Part shown: in pieces, positions 1-9,210 of the stretch
How the letters are laid out: each line of letters starts with the position of its first letter
How positions within the stretch are numbered: the first letter of the stretch is position 1
Assembly: GCA_964388035.1 (NCBI GenBank)
Contig: CAYLZE010000002.1
Span: 34,041 to 98,040 of the forward strand
Length of the DNA: 64,000 nucleotides
Source: an uncultured archaeon
Lineage (GTDB): Archaea; Asgardarchaeota; Lokiarchaeia; Sigyniarchaeales; SOKP01
Reading direction: 5' to 3'
Program-made: the position numbers and the translations under genes
The notes under the pieces: model-generated
The model's database searches: none
Told to the model about the DNA's origin: nothing
The model's input: only the letters and a program-made list of their open reading frames with translations

Positions 1-780
1 TTCTTGATTGATGAGATCAATTTTATGAAGAAAAATAATTAATTTTGCTTTATTTTCCATAGCATGGATTAGTGATTTTATATGATTTACTTCTTGGATT
101 ATATCCTCTTTTTTTGACATCCAAGTTGATATATCAATTAAATATATCACGATCTCCGTATTTTCAAATGCTAAATTTTGCTCTTCTTTATCAGTTAATA
201 AAAAATTCAATTCTTGACCAGCAGAATCAAATATTCCCAATTGAAGATCAAACCAAGAATACACGGTAGGAGTTATGCCTCGCGTGGGTTCCAAAGGATT
301 GAATAATAATTCCTTAGGAGACAATCCTTCAAATACGATTTTTTTGATGGTAGTTTTTCCTGTTTCCGCCCTTCCCAAGAGCAGTAACTTCTTAGCAGTA
401 GACTTTGGCACGAATTTATCTGCATTTTGTAAAAAAAATACTTTTCGAGATTCTCTATCATGTTGAAAAAGATTTTTTGCAAAATTTAATAATACTCTTT
501 TAAGGGTAAATAGATTGGGTTTTTCCTTTTCATGTAACATGAGAATTAAAATCTCATATCCAAATTTAGGAACTCGTGCCTTATCGCAGTAGGAGAGAAT
601 TATTTTATCTTCATAATTAATTTCGATTAATTCTTCAGAATCTTTTTTTTCTCCATAAGAATGAGTCATATATATTTTATTCAAAAGTGTAATACCAATA
701 TTAAATGTATTGGGATATTGTACCTCTAAAATAGCGCCAATTTTATAATCCCAATTAAAAAGTGCTAATCCAATGCTCAT
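1..780 (-). CDS. uDENN/longin-like domain fused to Rag/Gtr-like small GTPase (3'-truncated by window edge)
   Basis: Not in ORF track. Hand translation from ATG at 780 is open to base 1: MSIGLALFNWDYKIGAILEVQYP...KKLLLLGRAETGKTTIKKIVFEG...EPTRGI...IFDSAGQEL...IIFLHKIDLINQE. This gives G1, G2, G3 and Rag-type HKxD G4; paralog of 1417..2385 and 6580..7512. Confidence 0.9.
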   Translation of the reverse strand, partial: MSIGLALFNWDYKIGAILEVQYPNTFNIGITLLNKIYMTHSYGEKKDSEELIEINYEDKIILSYCDKARVPKFGYEILILMLHEKEKPNLFTLKRVLLNFAKNLFQHDRESRKVFFLQNADKFVPKSTAKKLLLLGRAETGKTTIKKIVFEGLSPKELLFNPLEPTRGITPTVYSWFDLQLGIFDSAGQELNFLLTDKEEQNLAFENTEIVIYLIDISTWMSKKEDIIQEVNHIKSLIHAMENKAKLIIFLHKIDLINQE

Positions 781-942
781 GAGCTCATATAAATATTTTT
801 TTGATTTAGAATTTATTATCAATATAAAAATTATTAAATATATTCTTTTATATTTAGATTAACTAAAATAAAAATAAAAAAAGTATAATTTTCATTTAAA
901 AAAAAATTAAAAATTATAATTTTATTTGTGGTAAGTAAAATT

Positions 943-1308
943 ATGGTAAAAAAAGTATATGTTATAGAAGATAATGATAAAAATTTAAAATTATTCAAAG
1001 CGATATTAAATAAAATACCTGGTATTGAATTATACACCGAGACAAGGGGAGATACAGGCTTAGAACTAGTTAAATCAGGAGATCCTGATTTGATTATTTT
1101 AGATATTCAACTTCCCGAAATAAGTGGTATTGATATATGCAAAGAATTGAGAACTCTGGAAAAGTTTAAAGAGATACCTATCTTGGCAGTGACCTCATTT
1201 GCAATGAAGGGTGATAAAGAAAGGATAATGTCAGCGGGCTTTACAAAATACATTTCCAAACCAATTAAAGTTCAAGAGTTTAGAGAAGTTATTCTTGAGT
1301 TTATCTAG
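943..1308 (+). CDS. Single-domain response regulator receiver (CheY/DivK-like)
   Basis: IEDN acidic pocket, PDLIILDIQLP phospho-Asp, AVTSFAM, YISKPI; ATG 943 preferred over GTG 928. Confidence 0.93.
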   Translation: MVKKVYVIEDNDKNLKLFKAILNKIPGIELYTETRGDTGLELVKSGDPDLIILDIQLPEISGIDICKELRTLEKFKEIPILAVTSFAMKGDKERIMSAGFTKYISKPIKVQEFREVILEFI

Positions 1309-1416
1309 TATATAAATATGCTTTAAATTTTATTGTGCTATGGTTTATTTATATACTATAATAATCGATTTTGAACCCTATAATTAATTAAAATTTTAAA
1401 ATAGTAGGTTTGTAGG

Positions 1417-2385
1417 ATGGATTCTAACGAAAATTTTGATGGAAAAAAACTTGTTTCAGATACTTCTAAGAAGCATAATATTAAAAAGAAAGTTTTGTTA
1501 TTGGGTAAACCGGAAACAGGAAAATCAAGTATTAAAAAAGTTATTTTTGAAGGAGTAGATCCAATGGAAATAATCGTTAATCCCTTAACTCCCACGAGAG
1601 GAATCGATCCTTCAGTTCATTCCTGGTTTGATTTAACAATAGGTCTATTTGATACTTCTGGCCAGGAATTGAGGAGTTTATTTTCAGATTCTGCAGAACA
1701 AGAATTAGCATTTCAAAATTGTGATATTATTATTTATTTGTTCGATTATTATCAATGGATTATCGATAAAAAAGAAATATTGGAAGATATAAAGATAATT
1801 TCATTAATTAAAGAAAAGTTAAAGATAAATGCAAGGGTAATAACTTTTTTTCATAAAATAGACTTAATCGAAGTAAAAACGAGAGAAAGCCAAATAAAAG
1901 ACATTAAAAAAATCTTTGACATTCCTATTTATTTTACTAGTGTTAAATATGAATTGTTATACCGTTTATATGAAGCATTTTATGATATTTTAAGTAATTT
2001 TTCTGAAGAAACCTCACGAATTAAGAACATATTGGATGAGAAATTAACCGTATTTCCAAAATCCATGTTTTTTATTACGAATGCAAACAACAATATTGTT
2101 GTCCAAACATCTTCTAAAGATTTTAATTTGTCACACATTAATTATATTCATTATTTAATTGCGATGTTAAATCTTACCTTAGAAAAAATGAGAGCCAACG
2201 ATAAAATTGACCATTTAATCCTTCAAACCCAAAATAATTATAATATTATCATGAAACATTTAGAACTTTTAGATTACAATTTAAAAAGTATTATATGTAT
2301 TTCAGAAACCTTGTCATCTAATAAATTAATCTGGTTAGTAGGAGAAATAGCCTTACAGTTAAATAGTTTTTACCATCTAGAATAA
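1417..2385 (+). CDS. Rag/Gtr-like small GTPase with C-terminal roadblock-like domain
   Basis: GKPETGKS, PTRG, DTSGQ, FHKID, FTSV; about 120 aa alpha/beta C-terminal extension as in Rag GTPases. Confidence 0.88.
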   Translation: MDSNENFDGKKLVSDTSKKHNIKKKVLLLGKPETGKSSIKKVIFEGVDPMEIIVNPLTPTRGIDPSVHSWFDLTIGLFDTSGQELRSLFSDSAEQELAFQNCDIIIYLFDYYQWIIDKKEILEDIKIISLIKEKLKINARVITFFHKIDLIEVKTRESQIKDIKKIFDIPIYFTSVKYELLYRLYEAFYDILSNFSEETSRIKNILDEKLTVFPKSMFFITNANNNIVVQTSSKDFNLSHINYIHYLIAMLNLTLEKMRANDKIDHLILQTQNNYNIIMKHLELLDYNLKSIICISETLSSNKLIWLVGEIALQLNSFYHLE

Positions 2386-2437
2386 TATTAAGCTTGTAAA
2401 AGACCCGTTATTATAAAAGGTTTGAGATTATCTCCAG

Positions 2438-3730
2438 TCATCTTTTCCTTTTTAATTCTCGAAATTCTTGGATTTTGGAACGTATTAAGGCTTTTTTTTG
2501 TATGAGTGTTAAATCCATGGAATTTATCAATTCCTCTAATTTTTCCCGATATTGTTCAACATTTAAATTTAAATCAAAAATTTCATCTAGAGGATTCTGT
2601 TTTTGGCTTTCGCCATCTTTTAAGTTATCTTTTCCAATAACAGGATTCTTATATACTTCAAATCTAATTTTGTTGTCTTTAACTTGGATGTTTTTAGGAT
2701 CCAAGAGCCTATCAATAAATTTCATGAGAAAGTTCTTTAATATGGGTTTAAGATCATTTATCCAAGCAATACCATCTAATTTTTTATATTTTTCTAAATC
2801 TTCCCTTTCTCTTAATTCACTAGAGATTAACATTTTTAAATAGCTTTCTTGATATAAGGGTTTAAAATTATCTGTTAATCCCGTGAGAATATCTTCAGTT
2901 AGACTTTGAACTAAAACATCGATTATTTCAGGATACTCATAGAATTGACCGAATTTAAAATAAGAATTAAGGAATTGCTCAATGGATTTCTCCAACTCTT
3001 TTGGTTCCAAGGTTCCTTTTTTGATTAGAAAGGTTTTTATTATTCTCTCGAGTAGAGTACCCCTAAATTTTCCGTCATATTCAGTTGTATCAACATTAAT
3101 TGCTGGGAGCGAGTTCTTTTTCCTTATATTATCCTTTCTTGAATAAAGAATATTAACATAATCTTTAACGATCACATTTGAAAGCCCCATTCTTAATGTT
3201 ATAATATTAATATGCAATGGCTCATCTGACGAAGATTGGGGATAATTTTTTTCATATTTATTCAATATATCTTCAATCTTTAAAACTTCCGCAACATAAT
3301 CATTGAAAAAAATTTCATAAAGTGCAGCAATTTCATATTCCTTGATTTCTTTTTCTAATAATTTTCTTAAAAAACGATCATAATTTAAGAAAAAACAAGA
3401 GATACAATCATCAATAGCGAGTGCTAAATCATCATTCGGATAATTAGTTTGTACTAGATATTTCTTATATTCAAGTCGAATTTTTTGAGCGCGAATCCAT
3501 TCTAAAGTAAAATCGAATATTTCCCTATTAAAAGTTAATTTATTCTCAAAATGTCTAAGAATTTCAAGAACTTCATGAGATGTCGTGCCAATAGATTGAC
3601 TGCTTAAAAATTTAGCTGCTAATTGAAGATTGCTGAGGTTTTGAAATTTTTGTTTCATCCTATGATAATAGGATGCTAATCTTTCCTCATCTATGGTAAA
3701 TAAATTGTCTACTTCTTCTTGTTCTGGCAT
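2438..3730 (-). CDS. Hypothetical, predominantly alpha-helical protein
   Basis: 430 aa ORF, last of a co-oriented run starting at the Rab-like gene; no motif recognised. Confidence 0.8.
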   Translation of the reverse strand: MPEQEEVDNLFTIDEERLASYYHRMKQKFQNLSNLQLAAKFLSSQSIGTTSHEVLEILRHFENKLTFNREIFDFTLEWIRAQKIRLEYKKYLVQTNYPNDDLALAIDDCISCFFLNYDRFLRKLLEKEIKEYEIAALYEIFFNDYVAEVLKIEDILNKYEKNYPQSSSDEPLHINIITLRMGLSNVIVKDYVNILYSRKDNIRKKNSLPAINVDTTEYDGKFRGTLLERIIKTFLIKKGTLEPKELEKSIEQFLNSYFKFGQFYEYPEIIDVLVQSLTEDILTGLTDNFKPLYQESYLKMLISSELREREDLEKYKKLDGIAWINDLKPILKNFLMKFIDRLLDPKNIQVKDNKIRFEVYKNPVIGKDNLKDGESQKQNPLDEIFDLNLNVEQYREKLEELINSMDLTLIQKKALIRSKIQEFRELKRKR

Positions 3731-3768
3731 GATTTTTTACAATATGCGCCCATTAAAGTTTACCATTT

Positions 3769-4809
3769 CTAATTTTTATTGTCTAACAACATGTTAATCT
3801 GATTAAGATCGGCATCTGATATTAGGTTCCATCCAAAATCTGAGAAGTTAGTGTTGAATACTTTTAAATTATGCTTCATTTGTTCATCATTATCTAATAT
3901 GGTCCTTACCTTTTTTTGATAAAAGATTATATCGGTAATTTCTTCAAAATCGACATTCTTCAGGGGAATTAAAATACATCCTATACTTCGTTTTATACCT
4001 TCCTTTACGCAGAAATCTTCAATATATAATACTTCTTTTTCTTTTAAGGTTAGATCAATTTGGCGAAGGTTAGGAAAAATACCTTTTTTATCAAATATGA
4101 TTAAGGTATCATTTAGCAAATTTTCATAATAATCGGGTAATATTGCCATCACGTAAAAGGAAGGAATGAGATCTAAAATTTGTCTTCTTATTGAATCCTC
4201 TGTCTTAAAAGTGTATAATTTCGAACTTTTTATATTTTCACCAATTTTCCTTTCAATTAATCCGATACAATAATAAGTCCTCTTTTCTTTCCAATAAATC
4301 TTTCTCGAAGAACCGAGATAATATTCCATTAAATGTAATCCTCTGATTAATTCTTCCTTAATCAATTTTTCCCGACTATAATTACCCTCTGAAAGCTTAA
4401 AGTTGAAATATATTTCTTGAATTATGCTAGGATGGACATATTCTCTTAACTTTTGAAATAATATTTTTAAATCTTCAGTATAAGAAGAGCCGACTAATGC
4501 AAATAAATTTGTTAGTTCTCCTTTCTTAGATTCAATTGTCGAATTCAAAGCGAAAAAAGTTTGTAATACATCAGCATTAATTGTACCTTTTTGTTTTAAT
4601 GAAATTGAATATTCGATAAAATCTATTTTCCAAGAACCCTCCTTTCCATTAGCGGCAGTCATAAAAATTGGTCCTAAATATTGAAATGGAAGCATTTTCA
4701 ATTTACTCTTTTGTTCAATTGTTAATTCTTCTTCATATTTAATCTCCTCAAAAACGAGGTTAGATTCATCCGAAAAGAATAAGGCTAATATCGTATTCGA
4801 TTCATTCAT
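3769..4809 (-). CDS. Hypothetical protein, possibly two tandem longin/uDENN-like domains
   Basis: 346 aa ORF; beta-beta-alpha-beta-beta-beta-alpha pattern appears twice by eye (fold is inference). Confidence 0.6.
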   Translation of the reverse strand: MNESNTILALFFSDESNLVFEEIKYEEELTIEQKSKLKMLPFQYLGPIFMTAANGKEGSWKIDFIEYSISLKQKGTINADVLQTFFALNSTIESKKGELTNLFALVGSSYTEDLKILFQKLREYVHPSIIQEIYFNFKLSEGNYSREKLIKEELIRGLHLMEYYLGSSRKIYWKEKRTYYCIGLIERKIGENIKSSKLYTFKTEDSIRRQILDLIPSFYVMAILPDYYENLLNDTLIIFDKKGIFPNLRQIDLTLKEKEVLYIEDFCVKEGIKRSIGCILIPLKNVDFEEITDIIFYQKKVRTILDNDEQMKHNLKVFNTNFSDFGWNLISDADLNQINMLLDNKN

Positions 4810-4916
4810 TTTCTTATGAAATAATACATGATGTTTTTTTTAAGAGTTTTTAATCAAATAATAAACTCAAAATTATTTAATTTAAATTTTAGGGATATTA
4901 TTTTCGTTTATATATA

Positions 4917-5762
4917 TTAAATTAATATAAATTGTTTTATTAGAAATGGTTCAAGATTTAAATGTCGGATTAATATCCAGTTATTGAATATGTAATGGAA
5001 CACCTTGCTCATACGAAAATATTTTATAGTTAAATCCTCACCTAATTGATTTTTCATTATATTAATAATCTCAGTAAGTAAATTAACCAGAAAAACTTTC
5101 ACTAGCAGGGGATCACATTTAGTTGGATTAATTTTAAAAATATTAATACCTTTCTCTCTTTCAAAATATAATTTTTGTAGTTCTGGATCGTCTTTTACCT
5201 CAGATTCATTTTTAAATGTATTAAAGAATTCCTCAACTTTTTGATAAATTTCTTCTTTTTGCCTCTCTGAGATATAGGATATCAAAATCTTTTGAATTAA
5301 ATTAAATAATTGTTGAAAAATTCCGAGAAGATCATAAAAATCAGCTAAAACATTCATAATTTCTGCGTCTTCCCATTGAAAATAAATTTTTTCAATTATT
5401 TGATTAAATTTATCATAAATTCTAAGATTTCCATCCCATTGTTTTCCTTTTGTTTTCCATATCTCTTCGAATTCCTTAATAAAGCTATCTTTAATTGTAC
5501 TTAACCTTGCTCTCAAAATGTATGCGGTTATGTCTTTCGTATCCGCAGCAATATATAATAAATCATGTTCCGCATCTAAGATATATATCCAACGTAATCC
5601 CGCCATTTCAATAGATTCTATTGGTTGTTGAAATTCAACCATCGTAAACTGATTAAATGCCGATAATAATCCGCTTAGGAGTTCATTATTAACTGTAATT
5701 TTCATAAATGATTTATATAGTAACTTTAAACCCGAAGAACTTTCAATAATCCATACATTCAT
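4917..5762 (-). CDS. Longin-domain protein with helical C-terminal domain
   Basis: N-term VWIIESSSGLKLLY...LLSGLLSAFNQF...IESIEM...LLYIAAD...IKDSFIKEF...WDGN, typical of Asgard longin domains. Confidence 0.8.
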   Translation of the reverse strand: MNVWIIESSSGLKLLYKSFMKITVNNELLSGLLSAFNQFTMVEFQQPIESIEMAGLRWIYILDAEHDLLYIAADTKDITAYILRARLSTIKDSFIKEFEEIWKTKGKQWDGNLRIYDKFNQIIEKIYFQWEDAEIMNVLADFYDLLGIFQQLFNLIQKILISYISERQKEEIYQKVEEFFNTFKNESEVKDDPELQKLYFEREKGINIFKINPTKCDPLLVKVFLVNLLTEIINIMKNQLGEDLTIKYFRMSKVFHYIFNNWILIRHLNLEPFLIKQFILI

Positions 5763-5785
5763 TTTTTATCTTCTCTATCGACTTA

Positions 5786-6301
5786 TCATTGATAAATTTC
5801 TTTCTCACGGTTAAGAATTTTTTTAGTGAGAGATTCGAAAGCTTCTGAGACATTTATGCCATTTTTAGAAGATACCTTCTTATATTCAAATAGATTATGT
5901 TTCTCCATTAGTGAATTCGGAACCTGATCCTCAACCGAAATTTTTTCTTGAAGGTCTAATTTTGAACCAATAAAAATAATCGGGAGTTTCTTATCATACA
6001 TCCTGCAAATTTCGACCCACTCACCTATATTTTCTAATGTGTCCCTACGGGTCAAATCAAATACAATTAGAGCCCCTTTCGCACCCAATGCATATCTTTT
6101 AAGTAAATGGCGAAAATGTTCTTGTCCTCCAAAATCCCATAACTGGAGCATGATATGTAATTCATTAATATCTAATTCTTTAATAATAAATTCTACTCCG
6201 AGAGTAGTCTGTGTATGAGAGAGAAAGATGCCTTTCACATATCTATTTAATAAGGTAGTTTTCCCGACACCCTCATCTCCAGCTGTAATTATTTTTAACA
6301 C
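5786..6301 (-). CDS. Rab-like small GTPase
   Basis: GDEGVGKT, TLGVEF, LWDFGGQE, GSKLD, VSSK; no C-terminal Cys prenylation motif. Confidence 0.93.
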   Translation of the reverse strand: MLKIITAGDEGVGKTTLLNRYVKGIFLSHTQTTLGVEFIIKELDINELHIMLQLWDFGGQEHFRHLLKRYALGAKGALIVFDLTRRDTLENIGEWVEICRMYDKKLPIIFIGSKLDLQEKISVEDQVPNSLMEKHNLFEYKKVSSKNGINVSEAFESLTKKILNREKEIYQ

Positions 6302-6579
6302 AATGGACGTGTTTAATTCCTCTCTTTATTTTTTTACATTTTTATTAAAACAAATAGAATTATTTTGGTGAAGCTCATTTTTTAAAAATCTTGTGATTTG
6401 ACTCTACTTTTAATGATATAAGGGATTTTCCTATTATTTGCGTAAATGAAAATGTATATATACATTTTTTTTTATTATATTTTTGTAGTTTTTATGACAA
6501 TTATATATATAAAAAAGGAGTATTAATTATTTTTCTACTTTTAATCGATAATTGATTTAAAAAAAAATATTTAAAAATT

Positions 6580-7512
6580 ATGCGCAGAAAAATATGTTTG
6601 ATAGGGAGAGCGGGAACAGGAAAAACAAGTATTAAAAAGGTGTTATTTGAAGGAATAGAGCCTAAAAACATCATGCTTCATTCACCTGAACCCACCCGAG
6701 GTATTGAAATAAATATTTATGATTGGTTAGATCTTGAGGTAGGACTTATTGATACATCGGGGCAAGAGTTATCTTTTTTCTTAGAAAACAAGGAAGAAAA
6801 AAATCAAATTTTTGAAAATTCAAATATAGTATTATATCTCTTGGATTACCCCACATGGACATTTAAATCAACTGAAATTATAAAAGAGATTAAAAAGGTA
6901 TATAATATTCTTAAGGAAGAATATCCAAATGCCCAATTAATTATAATCTTTCATAAAATTGACTTAATAAATCAGAAAATTGACGGAAATTACCAAAACT
7001 ATCGAGATTCATTGTCTTCACAATTAGAAATTCCTGAAAAAATTAAAATATTTTTTACAAGTATTCATCCAGAATTAATATTTAGCTTATTTAATGCAAT
7101 TTCAGAAATATTAGCCACATTATCCCAAGAGACAAAAGTAATGAAGGATATATTAGATAAATTTTTATTAAATGTAGCGCAAACGATATGTATCATTATA
7201 AATACTGATAATAGCATTTTAGTCCAATCCTTTACACCAGATTTTGATACTAAAATAGTTTATTCCATTCAACGAAAATTACATTCTTTCATTCAAAGTC
7301 TTGAAATATCGCTAGAAAAAGAATATGTCATATGTTTTATAGATTGCGGAAGAAAAGTTTTAAGAATAATTTTAGGAGATATTCACAGTTTAGATCCATG
7401 CTTGGGTAAATTAATTTGTTTATCTGAAGATTTTGATAGAGAAAAGATAATTATGTTATTTCAAAAAATTAGAAACAATTTGAGAACAATTAAAATAGCT
7501 AATAATAAATAA
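6580..7512 (+). CDS. Rag/Gtr-like small GTPase with C-terminal roadblock-like domain
   Basis: GRAGTGKTSIKKVLF, PTRG, DTSGQ, FHKID, FTSI. Confidence 0.88.
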   Translation: MRRKICLIGRAGTGKTSIKKVLFEGIEPKNIMLHSPEPTRGIEINIYDWLDLEVGLIDTSGQELSFFLENKEEKNQIFENSNIVLYLLDYPTWTFKSTEIIKEIKKVYNILKEEYPNAQLIIIFHKIDLINQKIDGNYQNYRDSLSSQLEIPEKIKIFFTSIHPELIFSLFNAISEILATLSQETKVMKDILDKFLLNVAQTICIIINTDNSILVQSFTPDFDTKIVYSIQRKLHSFIQSLEISLEKEYVICFIDCGRKVLRIILGDIHSLDPCLGKLICLSEDFDREKIIMLFQKIRNNLRTIKIANNK

Positions 7513-7521
7513 TAAAGGGAC

Positions 7522-8571
7522 GTGAAAGTGCTAAGACAAGTATACATCATAAAAAATGAATCGGTTTTAATAAAAAGAATCTATGGAAAAGGGTTAAATG
7601 ATAATGAACTTGAGACTGCTTTGGGTGATTTGAAAAAGGAAAGAATTTCAAAAGTACGTAATGAAATGGGATTTTTCACATTTTTTAAATATAAATTATC
7701 TTTTCTCATTGCAAAAGAGCATGAGTTAATTTTTATATTAATTACGGGATTAGGTGATAGCATAGATAGAATTAAGACAGAAATATTGAAACTGAAAAAT
7801 AACTTTTTAAATTATTTTTCCGAGATTATAGATAATTCTATTGATCAAAAAACGTTAGAAGTTTTTATTCCATTTTTAGATTCCATTCATAGAAATTTAA
7901 AGCCCAAGATTTCTCTCGTAGGATTTTCGGGAGTTGGGAAAACGACAATAACGAACTTAATTAAAGCTAAGGAAATTCCTATTGAACACATTCCTACTAT
8001 TACGGGTGATGTTGCTACCATTAAAATTGGAAAATTAGAATACTTATTATGGGATTTCGCAGGGCAAGAGCAATTTAGTTTCTTATGGAATAAGTTTATT
8101 CAAGGAAGTGATGCAATCTTAATAATTACAGATTCTACTCTTATGAATGTAGAAAAAAGTAAGTTCTTCTTGGAATTAATTAATGAAGAAGCCCCTTATT
8201 CCCATGTCGCTGTAATAGCAAATAAACAAGATTTACCTGATGCTTTGAAAACAGAAAATATTGAACAAATCATGGGATTGAAAACGTACTCTATTGTGGC
8301 TATTGATCCTAATAATAGACAAAGAATATTCAACATAATAGCTGATGTTTTAGAAATGAGCGCACAAATTTCTCCTCTTCTAAGTCCTTTGTTACAGAGA
8401 GATGAGTTGCTCGCTAAAGCTGAAAAAGCTTTAGAAGAAGATAGATTGAAAGAAACCATAGAAATATTTCAAAAGATATCTGATCTTTGCATTGAACTAG
8501 GGGATGATACGTTAGCCACTGAATTTTACCAAAAATCAATGATTTTTAAAAGTCATCTTGAATCGTTTTGA
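7522..8571 (+). CDS. Longin-Arf-like GTPase fusion with C-terminal helical hairpin
   Basis: About 125 aa N-terminal longin-like domain, then GFSGVGKT, IPTI, WDFAGQ, ANKQDLPDA (Arf-type), then helical tail. Confidence 0.88.
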   Translation: MKVLRQVYIIKNESVLIKRIYGKGLNDNELETALGDLKKERISKVRNEMGFFTFFKYKLSFLIAKEHELIFILITGLGDSIDRIKTEILKLKNNFLNYFSEIIDNSIDQKTLEVFIPFLDSIHRNLKPKISLVGFSGVGKTTITNLIKAKEIPIEHIPTITGDVATIKIGKLEYLLWDFAGQEQFSFLWNKFIQGSDAILIITDSTLMNVEKSKFFLELINEEAPYSHVAVIANKQDLPDALKTENIEQIMGLKTYSIVAIDPNNRQRIFNIIADVLEMSAQISPLLSPLLQRDELLAKAEKALEEDRLKETIEIFQKISDLCIELGDDTLATEFYQKSMIFKSHLESF

Positions 8572-8590
8572 ATAAAATTAAATGGAATTC

Positions 8591-9145
8591 TTAATTTAAC
8601 TGACCCGACAATTGCATCATTTTATGAGCAATTGATGCAAATAAAGTTTCCACATTTTCTCCTGTTTTAGAAGAACATTCGATAAAATCATATAGATTAT
8701 GTTCTTTCCCAAATTTTCCGGCATATTCTCTTTCAATAGATCTTTTTCCTTCATTTTCCAAATCCAGCTTTCCTCCTACTAATAAAATTGGAAAAGATTG
8801 TTCTTGGAACTCTTGGTTTTTATTAATGACCTTTAGCCAACTTTCTAAATTCTTTAAACTTGAGAACCTAGTAATATCAAACATGAAAACACCTCCAGAA
8901 GCACCAATCACGTAATTAGGTAAGAGTGATTTAAATTGTTGCTCTCCGGCAAAATCCCATATTTGAAGTTGGGCTTTTTTTCCTTCAATTTCAACGATCT
9001 TGGTATAAAACTCGACACCAATAGTCATTTGAAAATTATCTCGGTATTTCCCTGTGACGTACCGATTTACTAATGTTGTCTTTCCTACTCCACCATCTCC
9101 GAAAATACACGTCTTATAGCGGAGAAAGTCCTTTTGATCGTTCAA
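8591..9145 (-). CDS. Rab-like small GTPase
   Basis: GDGGVGKT, TIGVEF, LQIWDFAGE, GGKLD, ECSSKTG; TTG start; no prenylation motif. Confidence 0.93.
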   Translation of the reverse strand: MNDQKDFLRYKTCIFGDGGVGKTTLVNRYVTGKYRDNFQMTIGVEFYTKIVEIEGKKAQLQIWDFAGEQQFKSLLPNYVIGASGGVFMFDITRFSSLKNLESWLKVINKNQEFQEQSFPILLVGGKLDLENEGKRSIEREYAGKFGKEHNLYDFIECSSKTGENVETLFASIAHKMMQLSGQLN

Positions 9146-9210
9146 TTTTTAGACCTTTTTTTTTTAAATTATAATTATATTGTTTGTATTAAAACAGAAA
9201 CAATCATTAT

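Noticed and set aside
72-482. Short ORFs 72..269, 273..482, 275..466
   Set aside because: Shadows of the real minus-strand GTPase fusion gene 1..780.
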